Shown here: positions 48,750 to 59,365 of the stretch, one piece after another
Layout of the letters: every line of letters starts with the position of its first letter
Position numbering within the stretch: the stretch's first letter is position 1
Assembly: GCA_017522135.1 (NCBI GenBank)
Contig: JAFXAB010000001.1
Coordinates: forward strand, 1,043-65,042
Source: Bacteroidaceae bacterium
Lineage (GTDB): Bacteria; Bacteroidota; Bacteroidia; Bacteroidales; Barnesiellaceae_A
Reading direction: 5' to 3'
DNA: 64,000 nucleotides
Translations under genes and position numbers: made by a program
Notes under the pieces: generated by a model
What the model was told of the DNA's origin: nothing
Database searches by the model: none
What the model saw: the letters and a program-made list of their open reading frames with translations, nothing else

Positions 48750-48757
48750 CAAAGATA
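48750..48757 (-). promoter_or_regulatory. -7 promoter element for gyrA
   Basis: TATCTTTG on the minus strand matches TAnnTTTG. Confidence 0.6.
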
Positions 48758-48939
48758 GTCATTTTTTGCTCAACTTAGCACCTATTTATTGTTTTTTAAA
48801 ACTCTGTCTCCAAAAATTCGGCACACTATTTGTTTAATATCTAAAAACGAATGATATAAATTTTTATAGAGGTATATATGACAAAAACTACTACCTTTGT
48901 CAGCGAAAAAGGATAAAAGGTTAGGTGAACAAATATTAT

Positions 48940-51474
48940 ATGGAAAGAAATTTTTCAATTCACGCCAAAAGCGTGTTAGCATATAGTCGAGAGGAGGCCG
49001 GTCGCTTGCAAAACACCGATATATTGCCCGAGCACTTATTGCTGGGTATTATTCGTGATGGCGAGAGCCGTGCCATTGATGCTATCCTCAGCCTCGGAAT
49101 AAACCCGCTCGTGTTGCGCAGGGCTATCGAAAAGGAACTTGCCACTGACGAGGAGGTTGTTTCGGGACAGGAAATCACAATAAGTAAAAGTACCGATCGT
49201 GTGCTGAAAATGAGCATGCTTGAGTCGCGTATGATGAAATGCAACGAAACCGATACGGAACATATCTTGTTGGCTATCTTGCGTGACAAGAACAATGCTG
49301 CGTCGCGAATTCTTAATGACAACAATGTAACATACGATGACGTTTTGTCTTATCTGAAGGATAGTACTGACACCTCATCGCATAAGTCAAAGCCTCAAAT
49401 GGGTGCCGGATTTGAAGAAGATGAGGAAGACGATGATGTGCCACACATGTCGTCGAGTGGTAGTCAAAGACAATCTACCACGACATCAGCTCCGGGTAGC
49501 GAAACACCTGTATTAGACAACTTTGGCTCCGATATGACTCGCGCGGCCGAAGAGGGTCGCTTAGATCCTGTTGTAGGCCGAGAGATGGAGATTGAGCGAT
49601 TGGCTCAGATCCTGAGTCGTCGTAAAAAAAACAACCCCATACTCATAGGTGAGCCGGGGGTGGGCAAGTCGGCTATTGTCGAAGGATTGGCATTGCGCAT
49701 TGTGCAGCGCAAGGTGTCGCGTGTACTCTTTGGCAAGCGTGTTATATCTCTTGATGTAGGGTCTATTGTGGCCGGTACAAAGTATCGTGGACAGTTTGAG
49801 GAGCGTATGAAGGCTATTCTCAATGAGTTGTCGAAAAACCCCGATATCATACTCTTTATCGACGAGATACACACTATTGTAGGAGCAGGTGGCGCAACAG
49901 GTACGCTCGATGCAGCCAACATGCTCAAGCCGGCACTTGCTCGAGGTGAATTGCAGTGCATAGGAGCTACAACATTAGACGAATACCGCAAGAATATAGA
50001 GAAGGATGGCGCACTTGAACGTCGCTTCCAGAAAATCATGGTTGAGCCTACAAGCCCCGAAGAGACATTGCAGATATTGCACAACATCAAGGAACGCTAT
50101 GAAGACCACCATAATGTAACATATACCGATGATGCGTTGGAGGCCTGCGTAAAACTGACCGGACGCTATATAAGCGATCGTAACTTCCCCGATAAAGCTA
50201 TCGATGCCCTTGATGAAGCCGGCTCGCGTGTACATATAACCAATATTGTTGTCCCCAAGGAAATAGAAAATCTGGAACAACAAATAGAAGATGCCGGCAA
50301 GGAAAAAATGCGCGCTGTGAATGCTCAAAACTATGAGTTGGCAGCAAGCTATAGAGATAAAGCACGCGAGTTGCAAGTAAAACTCGAACATGCCAAGCAG
50401 CAATGGGAGGCACACGTAGCCAAACACCGGGAACTTGTTGACGAAGAAAAGATAGCCGAGGTTGTAGCCATGATGTCGGGTGTGCCTCTGCAACGTGTGG
50501 CTGAGGGAGAAAGCAGTCGATTGCTGGATATGAATGATGTCATAAAGGGAGTAGTTATAGGACAAGACAAGGCTGTAGACACCGTTGTAAAAGCTATACA
50601 ACGCAATCGCATAGGACTCAAAGACCCCAATAAACCTATAGGGACGTTCTTGTTCCTCGGCCCTACCGGTGTGGGTAAAACTCACCTTGCCAAAAAGCTG
50701 GCCGAACAGCTTTTTGATAGCAAAGATGCACTTATTCGCATAGATATGAGCGAGTATATGGAGAAATTCTCCGTGTCACGATTGGTGGGTGCGCCTCCGG
50801 GATATGTAGGCTACGAAGAAGGTGGTCAACTTACCGAGCGTGTACGTCGTAAGCCCTACTCTGTTGTCTTACTCGATGAGATAGAAAAAGCTCACCCCGA
50901 CACGTTCAACCTGCTGTTGCAAGTAATGGACGAAGGTCGATTGACCGACAGCCTGGGTCGTCAGGTAGACTTTAAAAATACGGTGATAATTCTTACCTCA
51001 AACATTGGCACACGACAACTCAAAGATTTCGGTCACGGTGTAGGCTATGCCGCACCCAATGTAGACGAAAAAGAGAAATCGCGCAATGTAATTACAAAAG
51101 CTCTCAATCGTGCATTCTCGCCCGAGTTCCTTAATCGTGTCGACGATATAGTTATGTTTGACCAACTCGACAAAGAGTCTATATTCAAGATTATAGACAT
51201 AGAATTGGTGGGGTTCCGCAACCGCATCGAACAACTTGGCTATAAACTTATTATTACCGACCAGGCCAAAGATTTTATTGCCGACAAGGGATATGACGTA
51301 CAGTACGGAGCAAGACCACTGAAACGTGCCATACAAAAGTATCTCGAAGATGAAATGGCCGAAATGATAATACGTGCCGCCATACACAACGGCGATACGA
51401 TAAAGGTCGACTATGACAAAAACGAAGATAAAATAATCACATCGGTTGAAGACACTTCACTATCGGACAAATAA
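48940..51474 (+). CDS. clpC: ATP-dependent Clp protease ATP-binding subunit ClpC
   Basis: Clp-N repeats, [11 protein letters not shown]-like middle domain, GPTGVGKT; TACCTTTG box at 48892-48899. Confidence 0.95.
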   Translation: MERNFSIHAKSVLAYSREEAGRLQNTDILPEHLLLGIIRDGESRAIDAILSLGINPLVLRRAIEKELATDEEVVSGQEITISKSTDRVLKMSMLESRMMKCNETDTEHILLAILRDKNNAASRILNDNNVTYDDVLSYLKDSTDTSSHKSKPQMGAGFEEDEEDDDVPHMSSSGSQRQSTTTSAPGSETPVLDNFGSDMTRAAEEGRLDPVVGREMEIERLAQILSRRKKNNPILIGEPGVGKSAIVEGLALRIVQRKVSRVLFGKRVISLDVGSIVAGTKYRGQFEERMKAILNELSKNPDIILFIDEIHTIVGAGGATGTLDAANMLKPALARGELQCIGATTLDEYRKNIEKDGALERRFQKIMVEPTSPEETLQILHNIKERYEDHHNVTYTDDALEACVKLTGRYISDRNFPDKAIDALDEAGSRVHITNIVVPKEIENLEQQIEDAGKEKMRAVNAQNYELAASYRDKARELQVKLEHAKQQWEAHVAKHRELVDEEKIAEVVAMMSGVPLQRVAEGESSRLLDMNDVIKGVVIGQDKAVDTVVKAIQRNRIGLKDPNKPIGTFLFLGPTGVGKTHLAKKLAEQLFDSKDALIRIDMSEYMEKFSVSRLVGAPPGYVGYEEGGQLTERVRRKPYSVVLLDEIEKAHPDTFNLLLQVMDEGRLTDSLGRQVDFKNTVIILTSNIGTRQLKDFGHGVGYAAPNVDEKEKSRNVITKALNRAFSPEFLNRVDDIVMFDQLDKESIFKIIDIELVGFRNRIEQLGYKLIITDQAKDFIADKGYDVQYGARPLKRAIQKYLEDEMAEMIIRAAIHNGDTIKVDYDKNEDKIITSVEDTSLSDK

Positions 51475-51492
51475 CCAATAAATTTTCAAGCC

Positions 51493-51527
51493 AAAATGTC
51501 AGCCTTTGACGGGCTGGCATTTTTTTT
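51493..51527 (+). terminator. Rho-independent terminator
   Basis: AAAATGTCAGCC..GGCTGGCATTTTTTTT. Confidence 0.8.
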
Positions 51528-51571
51528 GCTATACCTAAGTCAAAATGTAATAACTATAAATATTAAATATC

Positions 51572-53623
51572 ATGCAAAAAGGAACCATTGGGGTAACTAC
51601 CGACAACATCTTCCCCATTATCAAAAAATTCTTGTATAGCGACCATGAAATCTTCCTTCGTGAAGTTGTGTCAAACGCTGTAGACGCCACACAGAAACTC
51701 AAGACACTCTCTTCTGTGGGAGAATTTAAAGGCGAATTGGGTGCACTCGATGTACGTATTGCGATAGATAAAGAGGCCGGAACACTCACCATCAGCGACA
51801 GCGGTGTGGGTATGACTGCCGACGAGATAGACCGTTATATCAATCAAATAGCATTCTCGGGTGCCGAAGAGTTTGTTGAGAAATATAAGAATGATGCCAA
51901 TGCCATTATCGGACACTTCGGTCTGGGATTCTACTCTACATTCATGGTATCGAAAAAGGTAGAAATACGCACACTCTCTTTCAGAGAAGGTGCTCAGGCC
52001 GTACAATGGAGCTGCGACGGTACACCTTCCTTTGAAATGACCCAGATTGAAAAGTTGCATAGAGGTACTGACATAATTCTATATATAGATGATGAAAATA
52101 AAGAGTTTCTGGAGCCTCAACGCATAGAGACACTATTGCGCAAGTACTGCCGTTTCTTGCCTGTACCTATCATCTTTGGCAAAGAACAAGAGTGGAAGGA
52201 TGGCAAGTATGTAGATACTGACACTGACAAAATTATCAACAATCTCACTCCGGCATGGACTCGCAAGCCTACAGATCTTACCGATGAGGATTATCGCGAG
52301 TTTTATCATGAAATATGCCCCGGAGCAGATGAACCTCTTTTCTGGATACACCTTAATGTAGATTATCCCTTCAATCTTACAGGTATTCTTTATTTCCCCA
52401 AGATAAAGAGCAATCTCGACCTCAATCGTTACAAAATACAATTGTATTGCAACCAAGTATATGTAACAGACTCGGTTGAGGGTGTTGTACCCGACTTCTT
52501 GATGCTCTTGCAAGGTGTTATCGATTCGCCCGATATTCCGTTGAACGTATCACGCTCTTATTTGCAAAGTGATGCTAATGTAAAGAAAATATCGACCTAT
52601 ATCACAAAGAAGGTTGCCGACCGCTTGCAAGAGATATTTAACAACGACCGCAAACAGTTTGAAGAGAAATGGAACGACATTAAGCTGTTTATTGAGTATG
52701 GCATGCTCAGTGACGAGAAGTTCTATGAACGTGCCGCCAAGTTTGCGCTTTTGCACAACACCGACGGTAAATTCTTTACCTTTGAGGAATATAAAAACAT
52801 TATATCGGGAGAGCAGACCGATAAAGATGGCAACCTCATATATCTATATGCAACCGACAAGACAGCTCAATACAGCTATATCGAAGCGGCAACAGCACGT
52901 GGATATGATGTCTTGTTGATGGATGGTCAACTCGACTCTCACTACATAGCTATGTTGGAGCAAAAGTTTGAGAAAAGTCGTTTTGTTCGTGTAGATAGTG
53001 ATGTTATAGACAATCTTATACGCAAGGAGAACGACCGCGAAGTAACACTCTCGGCTCAAGAGCGCGAAGCGATGACTACCGTCTTTAAGTCGCAAATACC
53101 CACCATCGAGAAAAGCGAATTTATAATAATGTTTGAGGCTCTTGGCGAAAACTCAGCACCGGTCATGATTACCCAAAGTGAGTATATGCGTCGTATGAAG
53201 GAGATGGCTGCTATGCAACCCGGCATGAGTTTCTATGGCGAATTGCCCGACACTTTCAATCTCATTGTCAATACCGACCATGCGTTGTGCAAAAAAGTCC
53301 TTGCCGATACCGGCGTGGCTTGTAACGATACTATAGCACCTCTTGCATCGCAACTCGATGCTGTCAATGCCGAGATTACGCGTCTTAACAATGAGCGCAA
53401 AGATAAGAAAGACGAGGATATTCCTGTAGCCGATAAAGAGGCTCTGCGTAATGCCGAGAATGAGGCTGCCGACTTACGCAAAAAGCAAGAGAACGTGTAT
53501 AGTGAGTATGCACAAAATAATAACTTGGTAAAACAACTTATCGACTTGGCTCTGCTGTCTAACAATATGCTACGTGGCGAGGCGTTGAGCCGTTTTGTAA
53601 AACGCTCTTTCGACATGTTGTAA
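51572..53623 (+). CDS. htpG: Chaperone HtpG (Hsp90)
   Basis: IFLREVVSNAVDA, IGHFGLGFYS, IPLNVSRSYLQ. Confidence 0.96.
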   Translation: MQKGTIGVTTDNIFPIIKKFLYSDHEIFLREVVSNAVDATQKLKTLSSVGEFKGELGALDVRIAIDKEAGTLTISDSGVGMTADEIDRYINQIAFSGAEEFVEKYKNDANAIIGHFGLGFYSTFMVSKKVEIRTLSFREGAQAVQWSCDGTPSFEMTQIEKLHRGTDIILYIDDENKEFLEPQRIETLLRKYCRFLPVPIIFGKEQEWKDGKYVDTDTDKIINNLTPAWTRKPTDLTDEDYREFYHEICPGADEPLFWIHLNVDYPFNLTGILYFPKIKSNLDLNRYKIQLYCNQVYVTDSVEGVVPDFLMLLQGVIDSPDIPLNVSRSYLQSDANVKKISTYITKKVADRLQEIFNNDRKQFEEKWNDIKLFIEYGMLSDEKFYERAAKFALLHNTDGKFFTFEEYKNIISGEQTDKDGNLIYLYATDKTAQYSYIEAATARGYDVLLMDGQLDSHYIAMLEQKFEKSRFVRVDSDVIDNLIRKENDREVTLSAQEREAMTTVFKSQIPTIEKSEFIIMFEALGENSAPVMITQSEYMRRMKEMAAMQPGMSFYGELPDTFNLIVNTDHALCKKVLADTGVACNDTIAPLASQLDAVNAEITRLNNERKDKKDEDIPVADKEALRNAENEAADLRKKQENVYSEYAQNNNLVKQLIDLALLSNNMLRGEALSRFVKRSFDML

Positions 53624-53650
53624 TTGAGGGTTATTAAGTAATTTACAAAT

Positions 53651-53688
53651 AAGAGTGGCTACACCGCATGTTCAATGTAGCCACTCTT
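53651..53688. terminator. Terminator hairpin between convergent genes
   Basis: AAGAGTGGCTACA..TGTAGCCACTCTT. Confidence 0.8.
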
Positions 53689-53716
53689 GTATTAGTCTTG
53701 AATATAATGAGATATG

Positions 53717-54796
53717 CTATTTTATCTCAATCATTTCTATAGGTTGTGTTTTGTCTTTATCAAGAGGATAACTTCCCGATTTGACACGTCCGAAGTCTAT
53801 GCTTTTGAGGTCTATACAACGAATATTGCTATTGTAGGCTGTACGGTAATAAATGCGATGATTTGTCAGGTCGCTTACCACTGTCCACTGAGTCGCTGAT
53901 GGCATATCTTGTGGCGTTTCGCCCGGATTGTACTCCACACCGATGGGTACATCGAAATTGTTGAGAATATGGAAACATTGCAACACGGTATCGAATGCTG
54001 TAGGACGTTGGGGTGCAGTAGCTACAAAGAATGCTGCGCGGACAAATCGAGATGTCGATGTAACATCACCCGGTATACCGTGAAAAGCCGATCCGGCACT
54101 TATGGAGGTAAGCTCTACCCCATTCCATTTTTGTGATTTCGCTACACCGGGATATAGATTGACATAGTTATTGAGATTGGTTATATGCCATGTAAAAGAT
54201 GGTGCATTGGTGATAACGCCTATCTTGTTTTCATGTATGTTATATTTACCATCGATTATCTCCAACACTACTTGTCGCCCTCCTGGCTCGGCTATACGCC
54301 AGTGAATTGTCAGCATCGACGGGTCGAGTGATACGACATGAACATCCTGCAAACCGGCAATCACATCATCAATGCTCGAGAATTGTGATAGAATCCATTC
54401 GACCAATTGTAAGTCGGCAATTGTTTTGTCATTGTGTTGGGCATTATACGTTTCGTAGCTGCCATAATGGGGAAAATAGAATAGACCGGCCGATAATCCC
54501 GCTTCGTTGATGCCCTCGGCAACAAAATCACCATTAACCACACTGAGTCCGATAAAGCCATAACGAGCATTAAACTTTATACCATTACGACCCGTAGGCG
54601 TATATGAGACAAGTTCTTTACCTCGTGCTACTACATTGTACTCGCTTGTGAGTGGTGTACCCGCCCACTCTATCGTGCGAGCTACCACAAAACTACCATC
54701 GGCTGCATGAAATGATATGCCTGTACAGGCCTCTACTCCCGCCAGACTCGACAGTGCCATACCGGCACTTATTGCTAATAATTGTGTTGTTCTCAT
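53717..54796 (-). CDS. Choloylglycine hydrolase family Ntn hydrolase (bile salt hydrolase / penicillin V acylase) with signal peptide
   Basis: Signal peptide ending VEA then catalytic CTG, ARTIEW, EGINEAGL, ITNAP, PGDVTSTSRFVR. Confidence 0.9.
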   Translation of the reverse strand: MRTTQLLAISAGMALSSLAGVEACTGISFHAADGSFVVARTIEWAGTPLTSEYNVVARGKELVSYTPTGRNGIKFNARYGFIGLSVVNGDFVAEGINEAGLSAGLFYFPHYGSYETYNAQHNDKTIADLQLVEWILSQFSSIDDVIAGLQDVHVVSLDPSMLTIHWRIAEPGGRQVVLEIIDGKYNIHENKIGVITNAPSFTWHITNLNNYVNLYPGVAKSQKWNGVELTSISAGSAFHGIPGDVTSTSRFVRAAFFVATAPQRPTAFDTVLQCFHILNNFDVPIGVEYNPGETPQDMPSATQWTVVSDLTNHRIYYRTAYNSNIRCIDLKSIDFGRVKSGSYPLDKDKTQPIEMIEIK

Positions 54797-54901
54797 TTCT
54801 TTATATTTTTTATTCTCACTATTAACACAAAATAATTCATGTAGGTTCTATTCTTTGGTAAAAAAAACGTACTTTTGTTATTCTTAAAAACAAGGAAAAT
54901 A

Positions 54902-57112
54902 ATGAGCGCAAACAGATATTTTACAGAAAGTGAATGGAGCGAATTTCGCAACAACTATTGTCGCTTGGTAGATGCTATGCGCGATGAGATAAGGTATGAT
55001 GAAGTAAAAGCGTTAAGCAAAATCGTGCACAATGCCATTGAGCGTGGCCAGATGCCTCGTGATGAGCATGGCATCAACCCATTGTTACGTTGCATAAATA
55101 CGGCATTGTTGCTATGCGAAAAAGTGGGAGCCGAGCGTGATACTATCATTGCAATTTTTCTGTCGCCACTTGTCGAAAGCGAATATTTGCTGTGGGAAGA
55201 TGTGTCAAATCTCTATGGTGACGGCGTCATTAAATTGATAAAAGGCCTTCACAAGACCAATGAGCTTGACGGCAAGCAAGGCGCAATAAATAGCGAATAC
55301 TTCAAAAATTTGCTTTTGATATTTGCCGATGATATCAGAGTAATATTTATCATTATTGTCGATTGCCTGTGCCTCATGCGCATGGCAAACAATCATGCCG
55401 ATGATAAATATCGCAGGAACATTACAACCGAAGCATCCAACCTCTATGCACCTCTGGCTCATAAATTGGGACTGTATAAGATAAAATCGGAGTTGGAAGA
55501 TTTGGCACTGAAATACTCCGACCGCGAGACTTATAACCTTATAGTTCATGAGCTCAACACTACAAAGAAGTATCGGGATGATTATATAACCTCTTTTATA
55601 GGACCGGTAAAGGTAGAGCTTCAAAAGGCAAATCTCAAGTTTGAAATAAAAGGTCGCACCAAATCGATATACTCTATCTGGAACAAGATGAAAAAGCAAC
55701 AGATAGGTGTAAGTGGCATCTACGACCTGTTTGCTATACGCATTATACTCGACACCGAAGAAGGTGCCGACGAGAGAGCCGATTGCTGGAAGGCATTCTC
55801 TATCATTACCAACATGTATACACACAACCCTCGCCGTATGCGCGACTGGCTATCCAACCCCAAGAGCAATGGTTACGAATCACTTCACGCAACAGTGATA
55901 GGCCCTGAAAACAAATGGGTGGAAGTACAGATACGTACACGTAGAATGGATGAGATAGCCGAGCGAGGATTGGCCGCACACTGGCGATACAAAGGTATTA
56001 AAAGCGAAGGCAACCTCGATACACTCATGAACAGTGTACGCGATGTGCTGGAGTCGGACAATGATGACCCCCTGGAAAAAATAAAAGATTTCAATATCGA
56101 TATATACGACAAGGAAGTCTTTGTATTTTCGCCCAAAGGCGACTTATATAAGTTCCCTTACGGCTCTACAGTGCTCGACTACGCATTCCATATACACACA
56201 AAATTGGGTTGTGCTTGTATAGGTGCACGTGTAAATGGAAAAAATCAAACAATAAAATATGAACTGAAGAGTGGCGATACGGTAGAGATACTCACATCCT
56301 CATCACAGTATCCCAAGAAAGAATGGCTCAATATTGCACATTCGGCTCGCGCTCGCGTAAAAATAAAACAGGCACTTAATGAAATAGAAAACAAGAGTGC
56401 CGAACTTGGCCGAGAGCTATTGTCTCGCCGAATGAAAAACCGTAAAATCGAGGTAGATGAGTCGGTATTGATGCGTCTTGTCAAAAAATCGAAGTATAAG
56501 ACCGTAACAGCCTTCTACCTCGATCTGGGTAATGAAAAAATAGATGTAAACGATGTTATAGAACAATACCTTGCCATCATAGAGAAAGACCGTCAGGAAG
56601 AGGAACAACGCTCGGCCGGCGAGTATACCTTCGACACAAAGCCTGTCGATGATAATAAGGTAGACGAACTCGTCATAGGTGGCGATATAAAAGGTGTAGA
56701 CTACCGCTTGGCACGGTGTTGCAATCCTATTTTCGGTGACAAGATTTTTGGCTTTGTATCGTCAGAGGGCACTATCAAGATACACCGTTGCGATTGTCCC
56801 AATGCCATCAATATGCAAGAGCGTTACCCCTATCGTATTATAAATGCACGTTGGGCAGGCAAGATGGGTACAAAGTATGTCGTAACATTGCGCGTTGTGG
56901 GGCACGACGATATAGGTATCGTAACAAATATATCGTCTATTATCAATAAAGAAAAAAATGTGTTCCTGCGTAGCATATCGATAGACTCCGATGACGGAAT
57001 TTTTCAAGGTCACTTGTCGGTGGCTATAGACGATATATCATCATTGAATACACTCATAAAAAAACTACGTACAGTGAAAGGTGTGAAAGATGTGCAACGT
57101 GGTGCAATGTAA
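54902..57112 (+). CDS. RelA/SpoT family (p)ppGpp synthetase with degenerate HD domain
   Basis: GRTKSIYSI, PKSNGYESLH, EVQIRT, TGS and ACT domains; HD motif absent; TACTTTTG box at 54870-54877. Confidence 0.93.
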   Translation: MSANRYFTESEWSEFRNNYCRLVDAMRDEIRYDEVKALSKIVHNAIERGQMPRDEHGINPLLRCINTALLLCEKVGAERDTIIAIFLSPLVESEYLLWEDVSNLYGDGVIKLIKGLHKTNELDGKQGAINSEYFKNLLLIFADDIRVIFIIIVDCLCLMRMANNHADDKYRRNITTEASNLYAPLAHKLGLYKIKSELEDLALKYSDRETYNLIVHELNTTKKYRDDYITSFIGPVKVELQKANLKFEIKGRTKSIYSIWNKMKKQQIGVSGIYDLFAIRIILDTEEGADERADCWKAFSIITNMYTHNPRRMRDWLSNPKSNGYESLHATVIGPENKWVEVQIRTRRMDEIAERGLAAHWRYKGIKSEGNLDTLMNSVRDVLESDNDDPLEKIKDFNIDIYDKEVFVFSPKGDLYKFPYGSTVLDYAFHIHTKLGCACIGARVNGKNQTIKYELKSGDTVEILTSSSQYPKKEWLNIAHSARARVKIKQALNEIENKSAELGRELLSRRMKNRKIEVDESVLMRLVKKSKYKTVTAFYLDLGNEKIDVNDVIEQYLAIIEKDRQEEEQRSAGEYTFDTKPVDDNKVDELVIGGDIKGVDYRLARCCNPIFGDKIFGFVSSEGTIKIHRCDCPNAINMQERYPYRIINARWAGKMGTKYVVTLRVVGHDDIGIVTNISSIINKEKNVFLRSISIDSDDGIFQGHLSVAIDDISSLNTLIKKLRTVKGVKDVQRGAM

Positions 57113-57137
57113 ATAAATCAATAAAACAGATGTGTAT

Positions 57138-57986
57138 ATGAAAAACAAACTTCTTCTACTACCCCTACTCGCTCTGCTGGCAGCGTGCGGAAATAACGAA
57201 AAATTGGCTCAAGAGATGCTCAACGAAGCCGAGCGACTATACAATCAGGGCAATTATATCGAGGCAACACAGTGGGTCGACAGCATCAGCGCAACCTACC
57301 CACAAGAGGTTGATGTGATACGACAAGGCATATTGTTGCAATGCCATATAAACCAACAGAGATATGAACGTGAGCTGATAGAAATTGACAGCCTCTATAA
57401 TGCCGCTACTGCCGAACTGGCATCACTCAAAGGTCGATTTGAATTGGTGCGCGAGGGCAAAGAACAAACCTTTGCCAACTATATATACAAAGGAACTCGC
57501 AACAAAGGCGATATAAGACATAGCGAACTACGTGTACAAGTAACCGAGAAGGGCGACTTACAACTCACAAGTATCTATTTTGGAAAATCCAATCTCAACC
57601 ATACCGGCATATCGGTACAACAAGCCGGCGGTGGTGCAGCCAATTCGGCAACAATTGCCTATGATGGTGGCAAGAACTACCGCTACAAAACAGGCAACTA
57701 TGTAGTAGAAATGGTTACATACAACATGGCTCAGTGCAAAGACGTGGTGCAATTGATAGCATCTGATGCACAAGCCAAGTGTAATGTAAAATACACCGGT
57801 GGCAAGGCCTTCAACCTATCACTCGACAAGCTCTCTCGCGAAGCTATCGCCAACAGCTATCGCTTGGCTCAACTTTTTGTCTTGACCGACTCGTTGCAGT
57901 CGCGTCGCGAGTATGGCATCATACAACTCGAACTTGCCGACCGTCAACTCATGAAACTGCAAGACAAAACATCGGAGACTGAATAA
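57138..57986 (+). CDS. Lipoprotein of unknown function
   Basis: Lipobox LLAAC after a basic N-terminus. Confidence 0.85.
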   Translation: MKNKLLLLPLLALLAACGNNEKLAQEMLNEAERLYNQGNYIEATQWVDSISATYPQEVDVIRQGILLQCHINQQRYERELIEIDSLYNAATAELASLKGRFELVREGKEQTFANYIYKGTRNKGDIRHSELRVQVTEKGDLQLTSIYFGKSNLNHTGISVQQAGGGAANSATIAYDGGKNYRYKTGNYVVEMVTYNMAQCKDVVQLIASDAQAKCNVKYTGGKAFNLSLDKLSREAIANSYRLAQLFVLTDSLQSRREYGIIQLELADRQLMKLQDKTSETE

Positions 57987-58090
57987 ACACAATGTAGGGT
58001 AAGATATACTCGCAATCATCGCATATATGGCAAAGAAGATTGGAGCAATATAGTAACATATCTGCTTGCCATCAATATACATAACAAGAG

Positions 58091-58129
58091 AAACAGCCAC
58101 CCGGCAACATTGCCGGGTGGCTGTTTTTT
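58091..58129. terminator. Bidirectional terminator
   Basis: AAACAGCCACCCGGCAA-CA-TTGCCGGGTGGCTGTTT. Confidence 0.9.
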
Positions 58130-58149
58130 ATAATTTCAAATACGTAAAG

Positions 58150-59033
58150 TTATTGACGACCTTTTACATTCACGGTACTGTTTATCTTACGCACCATACC
58201 TTGTAATGCTGTACCGGGACCTACTTCGGTAAACTCGACAGCACCATCGGCAATCATATTATCTACCGAGTAGCTCCAACGAACCGCGGCAGTGAGTTGC
58301 GCAATAAGATTTTGTTTTATCTCGAGGGATTGGTATGAGGAAGAGCATCGACATTCTGGTAAATAGGACATGTAGGCGTACTGAATGGAGTGACAGCAAT
58401 AGCCTCGGCCAACTCGGCACGAGCCGACTCCATCAGAGGTGAGTGGAAAGCCCCTCCTACTTTGAGTCTCATGGCACGCTTGGCACCGGCAGCTGTGAGC
58501 TTGGCACATGCCGCATCCACACCCTCAATACTTCCCGATATTACAAGCTGTCCGGGATTGTTATAGTTGGCTGCAACAACCACGCCCTCACTCACCTCGG
58601 CACACACCTGCTCGATAGTAGCATCGGGCAATCCTATGATAGCCGCCATAGTTGAGGGTTGTTTCTCGCAAGCCTTCTGCATAGCCATAGCTCGAGCCGA
58701 TACCAACCGCAAGCCATCCTCAAACGACATAGCACCTACAGCTACCAGAGCCGACAATTCGCCCAATGAGTGACCTGCCACCATATCGGGACAAAACTCC
58801 TCGCCCATTGTCTTGGCCAATATCACCGAATGTAAGAATACGGCCGGTTGGGTTACCTTGGTTTGCTTCAAGTCCTCTTCTGTACCTTCAAACATAAGAT
58901 CGGTAATGCGAAAACCCAATATCTCATTGGCCTTCTCAAACATCTCTCTGGCTACAGGATAATTCTCGTACAAGTCTTTACCCATTCCCTTATATTGTGA
59001 ACCCTGACCGGGAAATACAAATGCTTTTTTCAT
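58150..59033 (-). pseudogene. fabD: Malonyl-CoA:ACP transacylase, frameshifted near 58323 (real lesion or sequence error)
   Basis: FVFPGQGSQ, GHSLGE, GAFHS in one frame; EIKQNLIAQL..VRW..EVGPG continues in another frame. Confidence 0.85.
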
Positions 59034-59365
59034 ATCTTTATATCTTGCTTTAATTTCAGCGTGCAAAGATAGATAATTTGTCTTGAAAAAACATTGTTTT
59101 GTTAAACTATTTAAATACACAACTATTGCAAAATATCATTATTACAAACATATCATACTGACAACCACTGTCTTATACAAACAAACAATAAACAACAATA
59201 AAACCCATAAGCAAGATTAATACCCCAAAAAACTTGCCACAATTATATATTTTAAGACGATAAACCACTATTATATCAATTATTTTTGTTTACTTTGTAG
59301 TGTATTATGCAACAACATATACAAGCAACAAGCCAATATATTATAAACCAAATAAATTATTATTT

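Noticed and set aside
58330-58509. ORF 58150-58509 as an independent gene
   Set aside because: Only its last ~57 codons are meaningful, as the frameshifted FabD C-terminus
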